A stretch of DNA of 64,000 bases. It comes from Octopus sinensis (lineage: Eukaryota). The DNA lies in contig NW_021833740.1 of assembly GCF_006345805.1 (NCBI RefSeq), forward strand, positions 6,133-70,132, in the 5' to 3' direction. The notes below the pieces were generated by a model. The model searched no databases and was not told the origin of the DNA. It saw only the letters and a program-made list of their open reading frames with translations. Below are positions 59,550 through 64,000 of this stretch, in pieces; position 1 is the stretch's first letter, and each line of letters begins with the position of its first letter. A program made the translations under genes and the position numbers.

Positions 59550-60311
59550 GGACACAGAAAACAAGGAGAGAAAAAAATATGTGTAGTGGCTAACGATCTA
59601 TCATATATATATTATTTATATTATATATATATTTATGTGTATATATATACATATAGATATGATACATCCATACATATATACATATGCACAAGCATATATA
59701 ATATATATCCTTAACACATACACACAATATAACTAAGCTCCTAGATAGGGTAGAGAACAAGTGGAAGGCAAAAGGAGGTGGGTGTAAGATGTAGGAAAGG
59801 TCACACAGATCAAAGGTTACTTGGTGCATATTTATAAAAGGTCAAAGAGAGAGCAGGAAAACCCAATTGTTGGAAAAAAATTGCTTGAAGATGATAAACA
59901 GCAGACCAGCCACATTTCCACCGACCCCCACCAGCATCACCTCCTTTCCTCCTCCTCCTTTTTGCTCCCCATTTTTTTTTTTACATCAGTTAATTTTAAA
60001 TATATGATATGACAATTGTTGTTGTTATTATAATCATTTTTGCTATTTGTGTTGTTGTGTGTTTAACCCTAGGTCAAGCTTGATCCAGCAAACCATTTCA
60101 GCGATGGTTATCCTCTGCTTCAAAGTGAATCTATTTACTATTTACTATTTCACTTGTTTGTGGCCATGCTGGAGCACCGCCTTTAGTCGTGCAAATCGAC
60201 CCCAGGACTTATTCTATCGGTCGCTTTTGCCGAACCGCTAAGTTATGGTGACGTAAACACACCAGCATCGGTTGTCAAGAGATGTTGGGGAGGACAAACA
60301 CAGACACACAA

Positions 60312-60346
<35 letters not shown>

Positions 60347-60744
60347 TATATATACACATATACGACGGGCTTCTTTCAGTTTCCGTCTACCAAATCCACT
60401 CACAAGGTTTTGGTTGACCCGAGGCTATAGTAGAAGACAATTGCCCAAGGTGTCACGCAGTGGGACTGAACCCAGAACCATGTGGTTCATAAACAAGCTA
60501 CTTACCACACAGCCACTCCTACGCCTAATCTAATATCTTTTATTGCTTATCTTTTACTTGTTTCAATCATGTGACATTGGCCATGCTGCAGCACTGCCTT
60601 GAGGTAATTTAAGTCAAAACTAACCTATTTGCCAAACCGCTAAGTTATGGGGACATAAATACACCAACACCAGTTGTCAAGCGGTGGTGGGGGACAAACA
60701 GACACAAAGACATACACACACACTTATATGTGTGTGTGTGTATG

Positions 60745-60778
<34 letters not shown>

Positions 60779-61919
60779 TGTATGTATGTATGTATGTATG
60801 TATAGCAAGCTTCTTTCAGTTTCCATTTACCAAATCCACTCATACGGCTTTGGTCGACCCAAAGCTATAGTAGAAGACACTTGCCCAAGGTGGCATGCAG
60901 AGGGACAGAACCTGGAACCATGAGGTTGGGAAGCAAGCTTCTTACCACTCAGCCATGCCTGTGCCTGTATGTCCTGCCTTCTTTAAGAGGGTGGTAGTTT
61001 AGCTGATATTTCTAGCTGGTTGAGCAACCTTACTGAAACTGCTTTGTTAGCACATTTCATCATCATAACCAATGGCAGCAGCATCACTTTACATCCACTT
61101 TTCCATGCTGGCATGGGTTGGAGGGGTTTTTTCTGAGACAAAGTTTTACTGCCAAATGCACTTCGTGAGTTTAATTACTTCTTAAACATATATCTCTCTT
61201 TACAAATTTGTTTCAGTCATTTGACTGTGGCCATGCTTGAGCACCACCTTTAGTCGAGCAAATCGATCTCAGAACTTATCTTTGTAAGCATAGTACTTAT
61301 TCTATCGTTCTCTTTTGCCAAACCACTAAGTTATGGGGACGTAAACACACCAGCATCGGTTGTCAAGCGATGTTGGGGGAACAAACACAGACACACGAAC
61401 ACGCACACATATATATATACATATACATATATGCGACAGGCTTCTTTCAGTTTCCGTCTACCAAATCCACTCCCAAGGCTTTGGTTGGCCCAAGGCTATA
61501 GTAGAAGACACTTGCCCAAGGTGCCACACAGTGGAACTGAACCCAGAACCATGTGGTTGATAAACAAGCTACTTACCATGCAGCCACTCCTGCACCTTGG
61601 ATGTAATAATCAGGGTTGTTGTTGTTTAACTAGTGGTGGTGGTTGGTCGTGATGGTGGCAGTGACAGTAATGTGAAGAGATGTAATAATAATAATAATAA
61701 TCTTATCTACTATAGGAACAAGGCCTGAAATTTTGATGGAGGGGAATAGTCGATTACACCGACCCCAGTGTTTCGCTGGTACTTAATCTACTGACCTTGA
61801 AAAGCTGAAAGCAAAGTCGACCTTGGTGGAATTTGAACTCAGAACGTAATGGCAGACAAAATACCACTAAGCATTTCACTCGGTGAGCTAATGATTCTGC
61901 CAGCTCACCACCTTAATAG

Positions 61920-61921
61920 TA

Positions 61922-61966
<45 letters not shown>

Positions 61967-62222
61967 GTGATGATGAGGATGGTGATGATGAGGATGATGA
62001 CGATGATGATGATGATGATGAGGATGATGATGAGGATGATGATGAGGATGATGAGGAGGAGGAGGATGAGAATTATGATGATGATGATGATGATGATGGT
62101 GATGATGATGGTGGTGATGATGATGGTGATGATGATGGTGATCATGATGGTGATCATGATCATGATCCTGATGATGATGATGATGTTGGTCATGATAGTG
62201 ATGGTGATGATGATGATGACGA
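61920..62222. repeat. Degenerate (GAT)n microsatellite in an MMP intron
   Basis: Direct inspection. Confidence 0.95.
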
Positions 62223-62916
62223 GGAGGGGGCAGGGAGAGGAGGGAAAGGAGGATGCCTTTATTATTCACCGAAATAACCAGTGACATCCTCAATTAGCAG
62301 GTGGTGGGATTCAGGTTGTGCGTGTGTGTAAGTTTGCATATGGGTGTGTTGGATGAGTAGCGGGGAGAGAAAGAGAGAGAGAGAGAGAGAGGAAGAGGGA
62401 GAGAGCATGAGAGGAAGAGAGGGTGAGAGGAAGAGAGAATGAGAGGAAGAGAGAGTGAGAGGAAGAGAGAGAGGGGGGAAGAGAGAGTGTAATGTGGGTG
62501 TGGACAGTTTATCTCTTTCCTCCTCATTTCCGGCAGTTATTTACAACAATGTTAGAACAACTGAAATTTTCACAACAACAACGACAAGAACAAAAAGACT
62601 AATATCATTCAAATCCATTACCTTCCTATGCACACACCCTCGAAAGATCACAAAATGCACATGCTCCGATTCATAACACAAATTCAGATTACACCACTCG
62701 GCCACCAAGCTACTTGCAAAGCCTGTGAAGACACAGGATGGCTTGAATAATAATATAAAAAAAGCCCCACCTCCCACACACACACACACCATTCAATCAA
62801 CCACTGACATCAGCTTTCAATTCCATTCCAAATGATACTCAATACCTCCTTGAGAAAAAACACAAAATGTCGGTTAGTAAATGATGTGTTTGGAGGCCAA
62901 GCTTTTGTTGTATACA

Positions 62917-63299
62917 AGAACAACACTTTCAGAACAACACTTTCAGAACAACACTTTCAGAACAACACTTTTAGAACAACACTTTCAGAACAACACTTTC
63001 AGAACAACACTTTCAGAACAACATTTTCAGAACAACACTTTCAAAACAACACTTTCAGAGCAACACTTTCAGAGCAACACTTTCAGAAGAACACTTTCAG
63101 AACAACACTTTCAGAACAACACTTTCAGAACAACACTTTCAGAGCAACACTTTCAGAGCAACACTTTCAGAAAAACACTTTCCGAACAACACTTTCCGAA
63201 CAACACTTAACACTTTTAGAACAACACTTTCAGAACAACACTTTCAGAATGACACTTTCAGAACAACACTTTTGGAACAACACTTTCAGAACAACACTT
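62917..63299. repeat. 14-bp minisatellite (AGAACAACACTTTC), about 27 copies, in an MMP intron
   Basis: Direct inspection; explains ORFs 62832-63332 and 62881-63210. Confidence 0.95.
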
Positions 63300-63440
63300 A
63301 TAAGAAACCATAGCAACCAACAACATCAATAATAATGGACAAAAGTCAATAAAGATTCTTAAAATGTAAATAACTAATAAAAAAAAATCAACGACACTCA
63401 ATAAAAATCGGTAAAAATCAATAAAAAATACAAGTCTAAC

Positions 63441-63567
63441 CTGTAACTGTTATTCCTGCAACTCTTTGGTATCTCTGGAGAGCAGCTTGAAGTTCAATCT
63501 TGGCTTCAGTATTGCCAAGGAACCAACCATAACCAGGATGGAGGTAGCCATACCGTATTAGATAATT
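63441..63567 (-). CDS. MMP exon A: prodomain (NYLIRYGYLHPGYGWFLGNTEAKIELQAALQRYQRVAGITVT-G)
   Basis: Acceptor ttttattctag and donor GTTAGA; YGYL and 'ALxxYQxxxGLxVTG' are typical of MMP propeptides. Absent from the ORF track. Confidence 0.9.
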
Positions 63568-63791
63568 CTAGAATAAAAGAATAAAAAGGCAAATCAATGA
63601 AGGAAATAAACTTTGTGGTTTTATTGTCTTATGTTCCAGGGAACAATTGACCTATTTTAGGGAGATTCTTGACCTCATTCTGGGAAACAATGTGTTGACT
63701 TCTATCTGAGGGACTATTGAATTTTTTCTTGGGACTATATCTGCAGCAAAAGGTCTTATCATGTTCAAATATACCCAAGCATGCTAAATAT

Positions 63792-63824
<33 letters not shown>

Positions 63825-63929
63825 CCGGAGTAAACACATAAATGTGAAACAAGGTGGAAAAAAGAGTACTCAAATACCAGTGGTAGAGAAATATGCTTTA
63901 TTCAAAGCAGCAGAAAATTCAACAAAAGC

Positions 63930-63967
63930 CTGTTACTCTGAGTTTCCCGTTGCCGTTCGTCAGACAG
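63930..63967 (-). ncRNA. Minimal hammerhead motif (family D); degraded second copy at 13511-13548 (-)
   Basis: CTGT-CTGACGA-aCG(gcaa)CGg-GAAA-CTC(a)GAG-TA|ACAG. Confidence 0.65.
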
Positions 63968-64000
63968 TTTTTGCTAGAATGGAACCGATATGTGGATTCT

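Larger units (their letters stand above)
46821..63567 (-). other. Matrix metalloproteinase (M10A, hemopexin-type) gene span; 9 coding exons in window, 5' exon(s) with start codon/signal peptide lie beyond 64000
   Basis: Nine GT-AG exons splice in frame by hand to 1719 nt (572 aa + stop). Order: prodomain YGYL...ALQRYQRVAGITVTG, cysteine switch KRCGVPD, furin site RRKRR, catalytic domain, zinc motif HQIGHSLGLFH, Met-turn, hinge, four hemopexin blades bracketed by Cys. Confidence 0.95.

Noticed and set aside
61849-62277. Asp-rich 142-aa ORF resembling an acidic biomineralisation protein
   Set aside because: Begins in an S3 SINE and runs through a (GAT)n microsatellite inside an MMP intron on the opposite strand.

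Overview
AT-rich animal genomic DNA saturated with microsatellites, SINEs and LINE fragments. The repeat landscape suggests an octopus/coleoid cephalopod (inference, not proven by this window). One host gene is recoverable: a minus-strand matrix metalloproteinase (MMP) with nine spliced exons (46821-63567, 572 aa, 5' end outside the window). It has a cysteine switch, furin site, catalytic domain, long Ser/Thr hinge and four-blade hemopexin domain, but its zinc motif reads HQIGHSLGLFH, so the catalytic Glu is Gln. One tRNA-Val(CAC) is present. Main oddities: (i) a 5.6-kb head-to-tail array (6061-11639) of a non-LTR-like element encoding only an RRM/CCHC ORF1-type protein, punctuated by a fixed 16-nt spacer and 3'UTR-only minicopies, and sharing its 3' tail with an abundant SINE; (ii) at least six unrelated small element families carrying minimal type I hammerhead-ribozyme-like motifs, one inside a perfect 105-bp hairpin just downstream of the MMP stop codon. 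Also present: CR1-like, R4/Dong-like, Tx1-like and Penelope-like fragments, Helitron-like elements, and Mutator- and piggyBac-type MITEs. Copies in the tandem arrays differ largely by homopolymer indels, so uncorrected sequencing error is possible. All calls are by-eye; no searches were run.
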